Shown here: positions 35,453-47,700 of the stretch, piece after piece
Numbering within the stretch: the stretch's first letter is position 1
Layout: every line of letters starts with the position of its first letter
Assembly (NCBI GenBank): GCA_004431415.1
Contig: QPMI01000588.1
Location: forward strand, 186,001 to 250,000
From: Cyanophora paradoxa CCMP329
Taxonomy: Eukaryota > Plantae > Glaucophyta
DNA: 64,000 nucleotides
Direction of reading: 5' to 3'
Position numbers and translations under genes: made by a program
The notes under the pieces: model-generated
Database searches by the model: none
What the model was told of the DNA's origin: nothing
Seen by the model: the letters and a program-made list of their open reading frames with translations, nothing else

Positions 35453-38400
35453 AATTCTCGTTGGGCCTGGCAGGCTTGGGCAGCCGCCAGAGCAAAGCCC
35501 TGCAAACATTTTGCAAAGCACCGCGAAATTTTTCGCCAGCCCCCGGCCTTCTGCGAAAGTGCCGGCGTGTCGCTGTAATATAGCGGCCAGTATACCTGCC
35601 ATGAGCGGGCTGTACATTTGTACATTTGTACATAAACTCTTGACGTCGGGGACGACGTTTTCCGAGAAGAGGAGTGAGCTGACGAGCCTTGAGCTCGCGC
35701 CTCCCGAGGCCTGACCTGGGCCGGCCGCACCCTAGCAACGGGTACAGCGCTTTCCGAGAGGAGGAGTCCTTCCTTCCTCTCGCGATTAATATTGTGAGTG
35801 GGCCCTGGTGCGCATCTCGCGCGGCCGGCTGTGCGTGAGCACGTGATGAGCCCCTTGTAAATTTGTAAATATTTGTAAATATTTGCATCCGGTTCGCCCC
35901 CGCGCGAAACCGAGCATCGCGTACCCCTCTGGGAGGGCACAAGTCTTCCGAGAGGAGGAGTCCATCCTCTCTCGCGAAGCGAGCCCTAGAGCTCGCTGAA
36001 GAGGCGGCCCGACGCCCTGATCATGAGGCACGCCGGCACACACCCCACCGGGCGGCTCGGCTGCAGCTGCTGCCGCGGGTGTCAGTCTTCCGAGAGGAGG
36101 AGTCCCTCTAGCGGACCCCCTGATGAACGCCGTGATCGGCCTCCGAGCCGTATACGTAGCGGGCGTGCGTTCGAATTCTTGCACACCCAGTCGGGCGAGC
36201 TGCAGCCAAGCGTGAATGCGAGGCCGACGGCCGCCGGGCCCCCATGCCAGGCTAGCGCTGCCGATTGCCAGCTTCGGCGAGCTGAGCTGCCGAGCTCGAA
36301 CGTGAGCGGAGGGGGCTGGGCCCGCGGCCCGCCTCACGCTGCAATAAAAGCTCCAGCGAGGCTCGCGATTCGCGGCCCGCACAAGAAAGCTGACGATGGG
36401 CGAGGAGCCTCATGGCCCCGTCTCATGCAAATCATTGAATTGAAATCGCAAGGAGCTCCGGATTCCGCAAGGCCCGAGAGCCTGCGGCGGGAAGCTGCCT
36501 TTGCACGTGCTGAAAGCAAGAGGCCGCGGCCCAAGGCCCGTGCCCTCTGCAGCTGCACGCTGCTCCGTCGAGCCCCAGCGAGGCCCTGAACCTGCGCTAG
36601 GGAGCTGATCATGACGACGAGCGCGCTGAAAGATGAGGCCCTTGGCCCCATCGCGCGCTGGAGCTGAAGCGCTCCAGGCGAGCGGCCCCGATGCCCTCGC
36701 GATGCGAGACGTGATCCGCGGGCCCCGAGCTCGGGATGCACTCTCAAAGAAAGCTCGATCGCGACGCCCGAGGCGATCGCGAGACGCCTGGCCCATGGCC
36801 AGCGCTTGGCCGCGCGTCGTGAGCTTGACAGGCGGCCTGTCGAGCCCCTTCAAAATTTGCGAGCCTCCGAGCTCCAAAGAAGGCCGAGCCTGATCATGAT
36901 CATGAGGCCATGGTGCCCTCGAGAGCTCGAGCCCGAAGTTAAGTCCTGGCCCGCGGCGCGCTCCGCGAGACGGTCAGGCCGCTGGCACTGGCCCCGAGCC
37001 TGGCGCAGCGACGGCTCCATTGCGAGCCTGACAATTATGAATTCATTGCAATTGAATTCAAGTCCTGGTAACGCCCGCCGAGTTGGCATCCAGGCGGCGC
37101 GCTGCGGCCCCGAGCCGAGCGTGTGACGGGCGTTATCGCCCCGCCCATCGTGAGCGAATGAAGTCCTGGGGACGCCCGTTCAGTTGGCATCCAGGCGGCG
37201 CGCTGCGACTCGACGTCGAGCGACGCGACGGGCAGACTTGCCCTCCGCCCATAGTGAGCGGCGGGGCTCGACGACCCCGATCTCGGCGCGTTCCTGACGA
37301 GAACGGCGCGACGGGGCTAGACGACCCCTGGGCCCTATCCTGAATCGAAGTCCCAGTGAATGGGCGGTCGGCCGGCTCAAGGTCCGTGCGCGACGACGAG
37401 AGCTTAACGACTCTCATGCATGGGAATCCACGTCGGGGACGCCTGACGCTGGCTCTTCTCCCTTGGCATCATACGAAGTCACGGGGTCGGGCAGGGGTGC
37501 TCGGCGCCGCGTGCGGCAAAACCGGAATGCACTCTTGTGAGCGGTACCCGGTCCCAGAGCCGGCTCTATCCTCGTCGGCACGGTTGAATCCCCGCCGATC
37601 CGATTACCTGTACTTCACCACTGCGAGAGCCTAAGGGGTGCTCGCCTGGGTGGAGCTCTGCGCGGCTCGCACTTGGGTCACTCGACCGCGTCGCGGTTGG
37701 GGGGCACACCGGAGGGGGCCGTGCGCTGCCTGCGCGCCGCGTCGCCCCGCGCTGCTCTTTCGCGTTCGCATCTGCGGCGTGCTCTCGCGGTGCTTGCATG
37801 GCATCTGGGCGAGAGCCCGCTGTGGAAAGACATCCAATGTACAAACCAATTCCTCATCTCCTTGAGCCGCCGGCTCGAAGCTTGACCTTGGCCCCCTGGG
37901 CCGGAGACGGACGATTATTTGCGGCCCATTGCCGCCCCCTTGACTCAGTTTTACATTTAGAATTTGGTAAATGATTTATATAATCAGATCTTGGCTTTGA
38001 TTTAGAGATTCGATGATTTAGCGATGTGAATAGCCCTATAGCTACCGGCCAGCGGTCTTCTTCAATTCCCGGCAGTAGCCGGCCACTCGTCTATTTTCAA
38101 TTCCCGGCAGTCGAGCCGCCGGTGTGCGCGAAATTCGCGATTCTGTAAATACGGCTTCAAGTCTTTTATTCCCGGCAGTGCCCTGCCGCGAAACCTTGTG
38201 GATATGCTTGCTTTTAGAGATTTCCGTGGCACTTAGCCCACGAGGACGTGGCCTTCCGAGTGGAGGAGTTGTCGCATGCATGATTATCGTGCATGCGGAG
38301 CTAGATAGTGCAGCCTTCGTGCTGCTAGTGGCTAGTGCAGCCTACGTGCTGCTAGGGCCGACGTCGGCGTCAGTACGCCTCGGCCACCTCTTATTATAGC

Positions 38401-39047
38401 TAATACGGGTACGCCGGGCCTGTCCGGGTACGCATCATTCATTAGGGATACAGTGTTACTTGCAATACTACCGGAGCGACAGCGATCCCTCGTGATCCAC
38501 TGAGCCCCGTCGAGCCACGCTCGACCGGGAGCCTCCCCGCGTGCTTCCCCACTAATCCCGCACGCGACAAGCGCTACTATAGCTATAGCTAGGCTAGCTA
38601 GCCGGGCCTGATATCGATATCGTTCCGGCCGCGGATGCATATATATATGGTCATGCATATACTGACTCTGGGATACATATATATATATAGTTCAATGGCG
38701 TTTAACTGTCTCATTCCTTATTTATTGTCGGGTTTGGCTCTTTGTCTTATCTTTCTTCGTGCCACGGTGCTCTTCGTGCTCTTATCTTTCTTCCTTTGCC
38801 TTTTGTCTTTGTGCCCCCTGGGCAGCCATTACCAAAAAAAACAATTAATTAATTTAACGTTGCAATTAATGGCCCATGATGATGTATATATATATACGTA
38901 GAATTGGGAATCTAGCTCCGAGATCTAGCTATATAGAGGGATATATATCGATTAAGAAGATCTAGATCTTCCAGGCGGGGAGAGGTCGACGTCTCAAGAT
39001 AGGGGAGATCTATAGCTAGATCTAGAGGGCCAGCCTGGAAGCGCGCG

Positions 39048-42000
39048 ATGGGCAAGGCGACCGGAAAACGCAAGGCGAAGACCGGGAAGCCGACTCATAC
39101 ACGGCGCGGGTTCGGCGGGCTTTTCATAAGTGCGACGGCGCCGGCCGCGCGGCCTGAGGAGCTCGAGCTCGGAGTTGCATCCGACGATGACGCCGGCATC
39201 CACGCGCGCCCCGCACAGCTCTCCGATGCAAATACGAGTGGTTCGAGCCATGTCTTGGAGATGCTTCCATGCTTAGCTTGGTTGGGCCTCCGTCAAATTT
39301 GTTTGCACAAATCGCAGCGGGGCCGGCATGCGCAGGCAACGGCGTCGCAGCGCTAGCGCTATCAGAACAACAACTTGCATCAAAGCAACGTGCGCGCTCT
39401 TTTCCAGCGCGCTCTATATATATACATATTTGCTTTAGATCTAAACAACGTGCACCTGCGGCCGCAGCAGAAGCCTCGGAGGCAGATTCGAATTCCTGTG
39501 CGTGCAAAATGCGTTGTCTAATTTGTCCACCTGTTCGAATTCTGCAGGCGCAGCTCGCGATCGAGTTCTGCATGCTCTAGATCTGCAAGGTGTTGAGCAT
39601 CCAGCTGCAGAACAGCGTGCTCAATCGCAACCCACCGCAAATCCAAGCGGAGCAATTCAAGAAGCATCGCCGTCAATTCAAGAAGCATCGCCGCCATCGA
39701 CTCATGGGCATGCAGATTGCATCAGCTGCAGTGCGTCATCCTTTGCCCGCAGCTGCAGCCCCTTGGCCTTTAGCTGACCCAGCTGCAAATTCGTCAGATA
39801 AATGTACAGGCCCAGGCTGTGGTGCTGTGCACATGCCCTTCATACAAGAGCTGTCCGTGAATTCTGCTTCGTCGTCTGCAATAGCGGGCATCGTTCGTGC
39901 CACAATGCAGTGAGTGAATTCGTTGCATATGCCTGAAATATGCACAAACCCGTTACGCATGCGCAATATTAATCGTTTGCGAATCAGGACAATAAATTCC
40001 GGCATCGGAACCGGTGCAGTTGGGGTTTCCCCAATCACCCAGGCATGCATTATGCTGCTTGCATTCATCGAAGTTCACGGGCATGCAGCGGCCTTCGATT
40101 CTTTCCGGTTCGCAACACATGCTTTATACGTTGATCTTCATCGCAAATTGCTGACCCATTATGCAAACAGCACCTGCGCTAGTCTCTCTAGCGATGACAT
40201 CGCTGGGCTACAACAAGCTCTCCAACACGAAAACGGCGATGTCGACATCTGTGGCGCGTGGAATGCGCTCATCCCCCAAGTTACGGCGAATTTGCGCCAA
40301 AGTCGGCTGGAAGCGGATCCGCAGTGGAAACAATTTGCAGATGCACGTAAACAGGACTACTGTGGCGCCTGGGGCTCATCAGTAACTTCAGTGCTCTCAC
40401 AAGCCGACAACGTTTCTAGTTCTGCAAAGTGCGTGCACGTGCAGCGCTCCAGATTCTGAGTTGTCTTGCAATTGCCATTCATTAATAGTTGCGTCAGCTT
40501 TATTTCCCTTGCTCTGTCGGATCCGATGGGTCTGCCATCTATGGTGCACGACAACTGGGGCACGCGATCGTCCAGTGGAGAGTATTTCTCAATAGGTGCA
40601 CTAGGACTAGCGCCTAAGTTTTCATGCATCAAGCTGATGAGCTGATAAGCCTTCGAAATTCGGCGCAGAAGACATCAGAAAACAAAGAGCCGACATCGAT
40701 GCGAAGCTCGGCAAGCTGGCGGATGGCTTTCAGTTCATAACCTTTGCGAACAGCGGCAACACTTCCGACCAAGAATCTGTGATTGAAGAAATTGCCTGCC
40801 TGGTGCGCGGGCCTGCCTAGCTATAGACCTGGTGCAGTTTTTGACTTGGTAAAAAGGTCGCGAAAAAGTTCTCAATCGTCAAATGCTCGATGGGGGCTTA
40901 TGTGTGGACGAAGGGCTCCTGGGGAACATCGAGAGGTCCCCTAGGAATCAACGTTCAGTTCGGAGAAAGAACGCCAGTACCAGCTAATGCATTCAAAGGA
41001 CGGTCTGCTCACTTTGTTGCATCTATTAGAATATCAATCTTTCCGGTTTCGCTAAAGATACATATGCATCAGGGAAGAGCATCTTGTCATTCCTTGCGTG
41101 TACGAGTCGCTTCCCCCAAGCGAGCAAGTACTTGGAAGCAATTCTACGGCTGTCTGCAGTGCTTTGGAACAAATTCGCGAGGTGCGCTAGCTTATATACA
41201 CTACCAATCGCGATCTCGTATCGTCTTGAACCCGCTTCAGTTGATAGAAAAACGCAATAAGAGTGGCGGCACAGTGACTGCAAAAGAGCTCAGGGAATCG
41301 CATCCATTTGCAAAGCTTCCCATCAAGGTATACTTGTAAATTTCTTTGTTGGAAGCTTAGGATCCGATTTGTAAAATGCGAGTTATACTCGAGCTCCAGG
41401 TTATTATCTGTGAGGCGATTCAAATTAAATGAACGTCAACGACGGAATAAGGTATCTCTCGCTGGAGTACCTCGTTGGGTTGTCAGCATTGTGTGAGGAA
41501 TTTGGAGTCGCCCTCATGTTTGATGAAGCCATGACTGGTGCGATCTAAATACGCGCAACAATGTTTTAGAAACATTAATGCTGATTGCAGCTGCAGGTGC
41601 CTGCCGAACAGCAAAGTCATTCTTTGCTTTTGAGCAGTTTGTGAGAGCTGCAGCTGCACTGAGGAGGCCTGTCATTGTGCATGGAGTACTCACAGGCAAA
41701 GCGTTGATAGCATCGCTTATCCTTGTGCGAAAGATTTTTCTTTTCTTGAAACTCAAATGAAATAGTATGTATCGGAATTTGACTGTGTTATTCGTCTGCG
41801 CCCAGGTGAAGCACATGCCTGGCATTGAGGACCCCTGGATTGCGACGTTTGGAGTCTCTGCAGAAAAGTTTGCACATGATGTTCACGCAGGTGCATTTTG
41901 CCGACCATTCATTTCAATATTAAATATATCTTAATGCTAGCGCTCTGTGCAGAGTATGTAACGGTTCAGCCATATCGCTTACAGCTGATTCAGACCTCGT

Positions 42001-42623
42001 GGCTTTTGGAAAATCGTGCGCACATTTATACGCATATGTTTAGTTTGTGAGTCCGTTCTGCTAATCCTTTAATCTCTGCTGCTTCGTGCACTTGCAGTTT
42101 GTGAAATGCGAGAGTGCAACCCCCAGTTCTTCGAGAGCCTTCAAACAAAATCGACAACAATACACAACTATCTCGCCAAGCACTGCTCCACGTGCACCAG
42201 CACTGAAGACGAAAAGCGCAAGTTGGTTTCGCATGCAGGTAAACAAGCTTATATAATTAAGCGACGCAATTGCAAGTGAATCAATACGTGAATTAATTGG
42301 ATGTTTACGTATACGCAGGGTTTCTATTCGCTGTTCCCTCCGATGCAGCACGTCATCTACCAGGAACTTCGATACATATAGCTGGCGAACAGAAAGAGAC
42401 GTCGACATACCATAGGTATATCTTTCCAATAGACTATTCTCATCCAGACTTGAGCGTTTCCTTGCCTCCGGATCCCCACAAATCTATTGCTAGGAGGTCA
42501 GGTACATATGTACGCAGACATATGCATGTAGCTCGGTCAGGATCCGGCCGCGGAGGGAAGGCTCCTAGGAAGAGCTTGGTGACTAGCCTTGGAAGGCAGC
42601 TACGTATACTGCATGAACGCTAG
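39048..42623 (+). pseudogene. Cargo gene: divergent PLP-dependent class-III aminotransferase-like protein with a long N-terminal extension; about 14 introns; one apparent frameshift
   Basis: Manual splicing gives the family motifs in order: ITFANSGNTSDQES (~40740; cf. FTNSGSEANE), IVKCSMGAY, VIICEAIQ (~41400; cf. IIEPIQ), YLVGLSALCEEFGVALMFDEAMTG/ACRTAKSFFAFEQ (~41470-41640; cf. LIFDEVQTGFGRTG) and LTGKAL (PLP lysine, 41698-41700). A 5-nt excess at ~41424 breaks the frame. Confidence 0.75.
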
Positions 42624-42821
42624 CAATATTAATATTGTTTTGTTGATCACCAAGAATCAAAATGAAGCTGAATTAGCTGCTGGGTGTTCGTGGCCAGCTG
42701 CTGATCTGGATTGAATCGTGACCCGCGGTTAGCATTATTCTAAAGAAACTATACATACATACGCACAGCAGGTAAACCCTGCTAGCGCTGTACATGTGCA
42801 ATTAATATTCGTGGTCAGAAC

Positions 42822-43980
42822 CCCGATTCTGGAGATCAAGCACCTCGTATCATTCACACGCTGAACGATAGCGCCAGTCTCGAAAATAGGCCTACAGTTA
42901 GCATCGTTCGAAAAGAACTATCCGCAGAAGCATTTCAATAAAGACTGGGTCGCGGACCTGCAGAGCCCGCTGTGCAATTTGTGGTCGGAACGTCGACGTC
43001 GATTTTGGAGCTCGAGCTCCTCGGATGAAGAGCTTAGCACCGGTTGCGAAAACTGGCCAGCAGGAAGCGTTGATCGAAAGAGACTATCTAGAGAAGCATT
43101 TGGATGGAGACTGGGCCGCGGACCTGCAGAGCCCGCTGTGAAATCGGTGGTTGGAACGTCGATTCTGGAGATCGAGCTCCTCGTATCATTCACACGCTCA
43201 ACAATAGCGCCAGTCTCGAAAATAGGCCTGCAGTTAGCATCGTTCGCAAAGAACTATCCGCAGAAGCATTTCAATAAAGACTGGGTCGCGGACCTGCAGA
43301 GCCCGCTGTGCAATTTGTGGTCGGAACGTCGACGTCGATTTTGGAGCTCGAGCTCCTCGGATGAAGAGCTTAGCACCGGTTGCGAAAACTGGCCAGCAGG
43401 AAGCGTTGATCGAAAGAGACTATCTAGAGAAGCATTTCGATGGAGACTGGGCCGCGGACCTGCAGAGCCCGCTGTGAAATCGGTGGTTGGAACGTCGATT
43501 CTGGAGATCGAGCTCCTCGTATCATTCACACGCTCAACAATAGCGCCAGTCTCGAAAATAGGCCTGCAGTTAGCATCGTTCGCAAAGAACTATCCGCAGA
43601 AGCATTTTCAATAAAGACTGGGTCGCGGACCTGCAGAGCCCGCTGTGCAATTTGTGGTCGGAACGTCGACGTCGATTTTGGAGCTCGAGCTCCTCGGATG
43701 AAGAGCTTAGCACCGGTTGCGAAAACTGGCCAGCAGGAAGCGTTGATCGAAAGAGACTATCTAGAGAAGCATTTCGATGGAGACTGGGCCGCGGACCTGC
43801 AGAGCCCGCTGTGAAATCGGTGGTTGGAACGTCGATTCTGGAGATCGAGCTCCTCGTATCATTCACACGCTGAACGTTAACAATAGCGCCAGTCTCGAAA
43901 ATAGGCCTGCAGTTAGCATCGTTCGAAAAGAGCTATCCGCAGCAGCATTTCGATGGAGACTGGGTCGCGGACCTGCAGAG
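42822..43980 (+). repeat. Tandem array, 336-bp dimeric unit x~3.4
   Basis: ATCATTCACACGCT recurs at ~42850, 43185, 43521 and 43858. Each unit has two related halves (GACTGGGYCGCGGACCTGCAGAGCCCGCTGTG). Confidence 0.92.
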
Positions 43981-44788
43981 CTAGAGCTTCGAATTCGAAT
44001 TCGGAATAGCGAATGCCGAGTCTGGATCCGGAGCACGAGCTCCGAGTTCTCGGGCCTCGGAGGTGCGCATGCATTCACAGCACTGCGCAGCTTTATATAT
44101 CTTAAGCCCTCTAGCAAAGCCAAAGTTCACTCCGGTGACTTTGCTCCATGGGGAGAAGCCAGAGAGGGGTACCGGTCTCGTCGCGTACAATTGTGCGCAG
44201 CTCTTATAGGGTGTCGCCCTGCGGTCGGAGAACTAGCTAGAGCGCGTGATCTAGCTAGCTATAGGCTTTAACACCGCCGGCTACCTCGGCGGTGCTCGGT
44301 CTGAGCGTTCGGTACGCGGCCATCGGTCTTGAGACCACAACTTGGCGCTCGTAGTTCGTTTGTAACGTAGCTGAAATCAATGCTTACCGCATTGGAAGCG
44401 CCGTGCGCCGCGCCCCAGCCAGCTGTGGCGCAGAATGGTCGGGCCGCTGTAAAGTTGGCCGATGTCGGGCCGCCCAACAACCTATCCTTATAAGCTGCAA
44501 TTCGTCTCTAAACGACCTTTTAGACCACTTGAACCAGTTAAGGCAGCCCGCGTGCGTCGCTCTCTTGACGAGTTGTCCTCGCCTCCACGCTGGACCACCG
44601 AAGCAACCGGGCCATCGGCGCTCAACGGATCTCGCGCACTTATGCCTCTCTAACCACATTTAGCACGGCAGCAGTGCTCCCCCGCGCGGCTTTCCTAGGG
44701 GTGGTAAAGAGGGGTGTGGTAAAGTCAGCCCTAAGTGAGTGAAGTTGCAAGTTTACCATGTGGTAAACTTAATTCCTGGCTCCCAGTG

Positions 44789-47700
44789 TCTGCGCGCGTT
44801 CCTCGCCGCGCTGCAGCAGCGCATCCTTGCACAGGACGGCGCCCTGTCGCCGCTCCAGCTCGACGAAATCTTCGTCGCAGCGTGCAAGACGCACGGCTGC
44901 CGCACCGTGCTGCCCCCCACGGCCACGGCCGCGCTCGAGGCGCCGGAGGCTAAGAAGCCCCGCGTGCGCAAGCTGGCGCCGGTAGCGGCCGCCGCCAGCG
45001 ACGACGACGGCGACGAGCCCATCGAGGCCGTGCCCGTCAAGTCCGTCAATGCGGCCCCGGGCACGAAGGCTCCGCAGGGCGCGCCCGTCGCGGGTCGCCG
45101 GCACCCCGACGAGGAGCGCCTGGGGTACCCGAGCACGACCACGTCCCCATGCCCCCTGTGCATGCACGTGGAGATGCCGGCCCTCGACCGCTGCCACTTT
45201 ACGTGGAACTGCGTGTGGGGCACGGCCCCCTTCCCCAATATCCCATACTCCGAGTGGGTGAAAGGGATTGCGGATAAGCGCGCGCGGCGCCGCGATCGGC
45301 CGGCGCGCGAGGAGGATGCCGCCGATGAGCGCAGCGAGCCCGGCCCGACCCGCGGCGGGTTCTCGCACCGCGGCGGGCACCGCCAGGAGCCGTACGCCCG
45401 CGGCGGCTACCGCAACGACCGCGGCGGCTTCGGCCGGGACCGCGGCGGCGGCTACAGCCGGGGCGGCGCCACCCGCGCCCCTGCCTCCGGCCCGAACCAG
45501 CGCCCGCTGGGGAAGGGCAAGGAGAAGAGCGCCCAGGACGACCGTGAGCCGGGCTGCTGGACCTGCGGGTCTCTGGACCACATCCGCCGGGACTGCCCGG
45601 ACGCTGAGTCCCAGGGCCGCGGCGGACGCGGCCGGGGCTACGGCCAGGACATGAACCGCGGGCAGCGGCCCCGGTTCAACCAAGTTCGCGCCGAGAACGA
45701 GCCCCGCTCTGACTCGCCGAACTCGGCCGCCATGGCTGCATTCTTCCAGCACCTGCAGGTGATGCAGCAGCAGGCCGCCCTGCACGAGAGCGCGCGTGGC
45801 GCCAGCTCCTCGTCTGCAGGCGGCAACCCGAACGCCGGCGCCCCTCCGGGCGGCCCGTCCATTCGGTCGCTGTCTGTGATGCCCGTGGGCACGGATTCCG
45901 ACTCGGACGAGGCTGCGGCCGTTGCAGCGGTCCGCCAGCCGTCCGACGCCCTCGCCATGGCCGCCAAGGCGCGCGACCAGGCCGCCTTCGATGCCGCTGC
46001 GGCGGACATCTCGGCTGGCGCCCTCGACGATGCCACTCGCGAGGCTGCGTTCGAGCGGGACCTCCGCTGCGCCAACCCGGCCAGCGAGGACGGCTCCGGG
46101 GAGTCCGAGCTGGGGGAGAGCGACGCCGAGCGGCTCGACACGGACTCCGAGTCCGCCCCGAGCTCCGACCCTGGCCAGGGCTCCGCGCCCTATGCCAGCG
46201 ACGCCTCGAAGCCCGCCTATTTCGGGCCGTTCGGTTCTCCGGACCGCGACGTGCCCCAGGCACCACCCCGGTGCTCCACGAAGTCGTGGGCACTGGATTA
46301 CATGCCGTATGACCACGTGCCTGCCACGGACGTGGAGAAAGAGGGCGAGCGCGAGGGCGGGCCCTACTTGCCCCGCTACGTGAGCCCGGTGCTCATGCCG
46401 CTCACAAAGTGGTACGCCCACTTGACGGCCAAGCCCCGTGACCTAGAGCGCGCCATTGGGCTGCTCTTCACGAACGGCCTCGACGACGCGAAGCAGACGC
46501 TGCTCGTTCGCGAACTCGCCCAGGAGGGCCCGAAAGGCATAGTCCTTGACCGGTTCCTGGGGGCCTGCGGCCTGCGGCGCCCCGAGCGCCTGCTGCTGGG
46601 TCGCCTGGCTCACCGCACCGAGGCTCACTCCCTCGCCTGCGTGATCGAGGCTGCGGCGACGATCGCCAAGCTCGATTACCGCCTCCAGGAGGGCCCCGAT
46701 TCGAGCATTGCGATGCTCGCAATCCGCGGTGCCCAACTCAGCCACCCCGTCACCAAGTGCTCGGGTATTGGCTCGGCCCCTGATCCTGAGGATCTTTGGC
46801 CCGACGACCCCAATGAGCTCGACGTCGCCTCGCTGAAAGCTTGGGACGACATGCTCTTGTCGTGGGAGCGGCACGCGCCCGCCTCGAACGTCTGGGGCCT
46901 CGCCTCAGACTCGAGCGCACTGCCGGACAGCGAGCGTTTACCGCTGCTATCCCTGCTCATTTCGTCGGCGTACCTGCTCGCTCAGCCGGGCCTGAAATGG
47001 CCGGGGATCCAGCACCTGCAGGTCGAACCGAACGGCGACCCGCGGTTCGACATTACGCCCGACGGGAACGTCTCCCGTACCGTGACGGGCTACCACGCCA
47101 TGCGCACAGCGCTCGCTGCGGCTCGCGAACTCCTCGACGAGGATTCCGACTTCCACGCTTACTGCGTGCAGCTTGTGCTTGCCATAATCCGTTTCCGGAC
47201 CCTTACGGTGCTGCCGGGCGCACTCGGATTCGAGAAGGGCAGCCTTTTCGCGTGGATTAGCCCTAAGGACGTGGCCCCGCCACTGTCGCTGTTCCAAACA
47301 TACACGGAGCGGCTGACTGAGGTTGCCGGAGCCACGTGCTTCGACACGCGCGCCAAGGGCACCGTCCCCGAGCGCGTTATCGCCATGCAAAACAGCCGCC
47401 GCGCTCGCTGCATGGCCGGGGAGCCGCCGCTCGTGAACCTGTCCGAGCTGGTGCAGCACGGCTCAGACCTTGAGGGGTTCCGGGCCATCAAGTTGCTCCC
47501 CCGCGTCGCCGTGCGCCGCCTGGCCAGGATCCTCGACCTGCGCCGCCCCACGGAGTTCAGCAGCTTGCTGTTCTCCGACTGGCTCATGGGCCTGGGGACC
47601 TATCACGCCGCCCCCACGGTCGTGGTAGACAGCCCCGTCGGCCCCGGCGAAGGGCTCCGGTTCCGGGAATTCCCGAATGCCGACCCCCTCATGCTCGGAC

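Larger units (their letters stand above)
32791..38569 (+). mobile_element. Element B: 5,779-bp non-autonomous gag-only LTR retrotransposon related to element A
   Basis: 300-bp LTRs at 32791-33090 and 38270-38569, identical by eye, with TG...CA ends. 5-bp TSD AGCGC. PBS at 33091 and 33418; PPT at 38258-38268. No PR, RT, RNase H or integrase motifs seen. Confidence 0.93.
13863..44788. mobile_element. 30,926-bp CACTG-terminated DNA transposon (CACTA/EnSpm-like), apparently non-autonomous, with cargo
   Basis: 40-bp TIRs at 13863-13902 and 44749-44788 (CACTGGGAGCCAGRAATTAAGTTTACCAYATGGTAAACTT, 2 mismatches). 3-bp TSD TCT at 13860-62 and 44789-91. Subterminal TGGTAAAG repeats at both ends. Precise removal restores the gag frame. 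Confidence 0.93.

Noticed and set aside
42979-43614. 211-aa ORF across the 336-bp repeat
   Set aside because: It is open only because the unit length is a multiple of three; it lacks a clear start and is frameshifted in the third unit.
13863-44788. Transib or other 5-bp-TSD element
   Set aside because: The flanks ACTCT and TCTGC share only the 3-bp TCT.
44739-44788. N-terminus of the 1,904-aa ORF as a real start
   Set aside because: These codons lie in the right end and TIR of the CACTG element; the true upstream part is 13055-13862.
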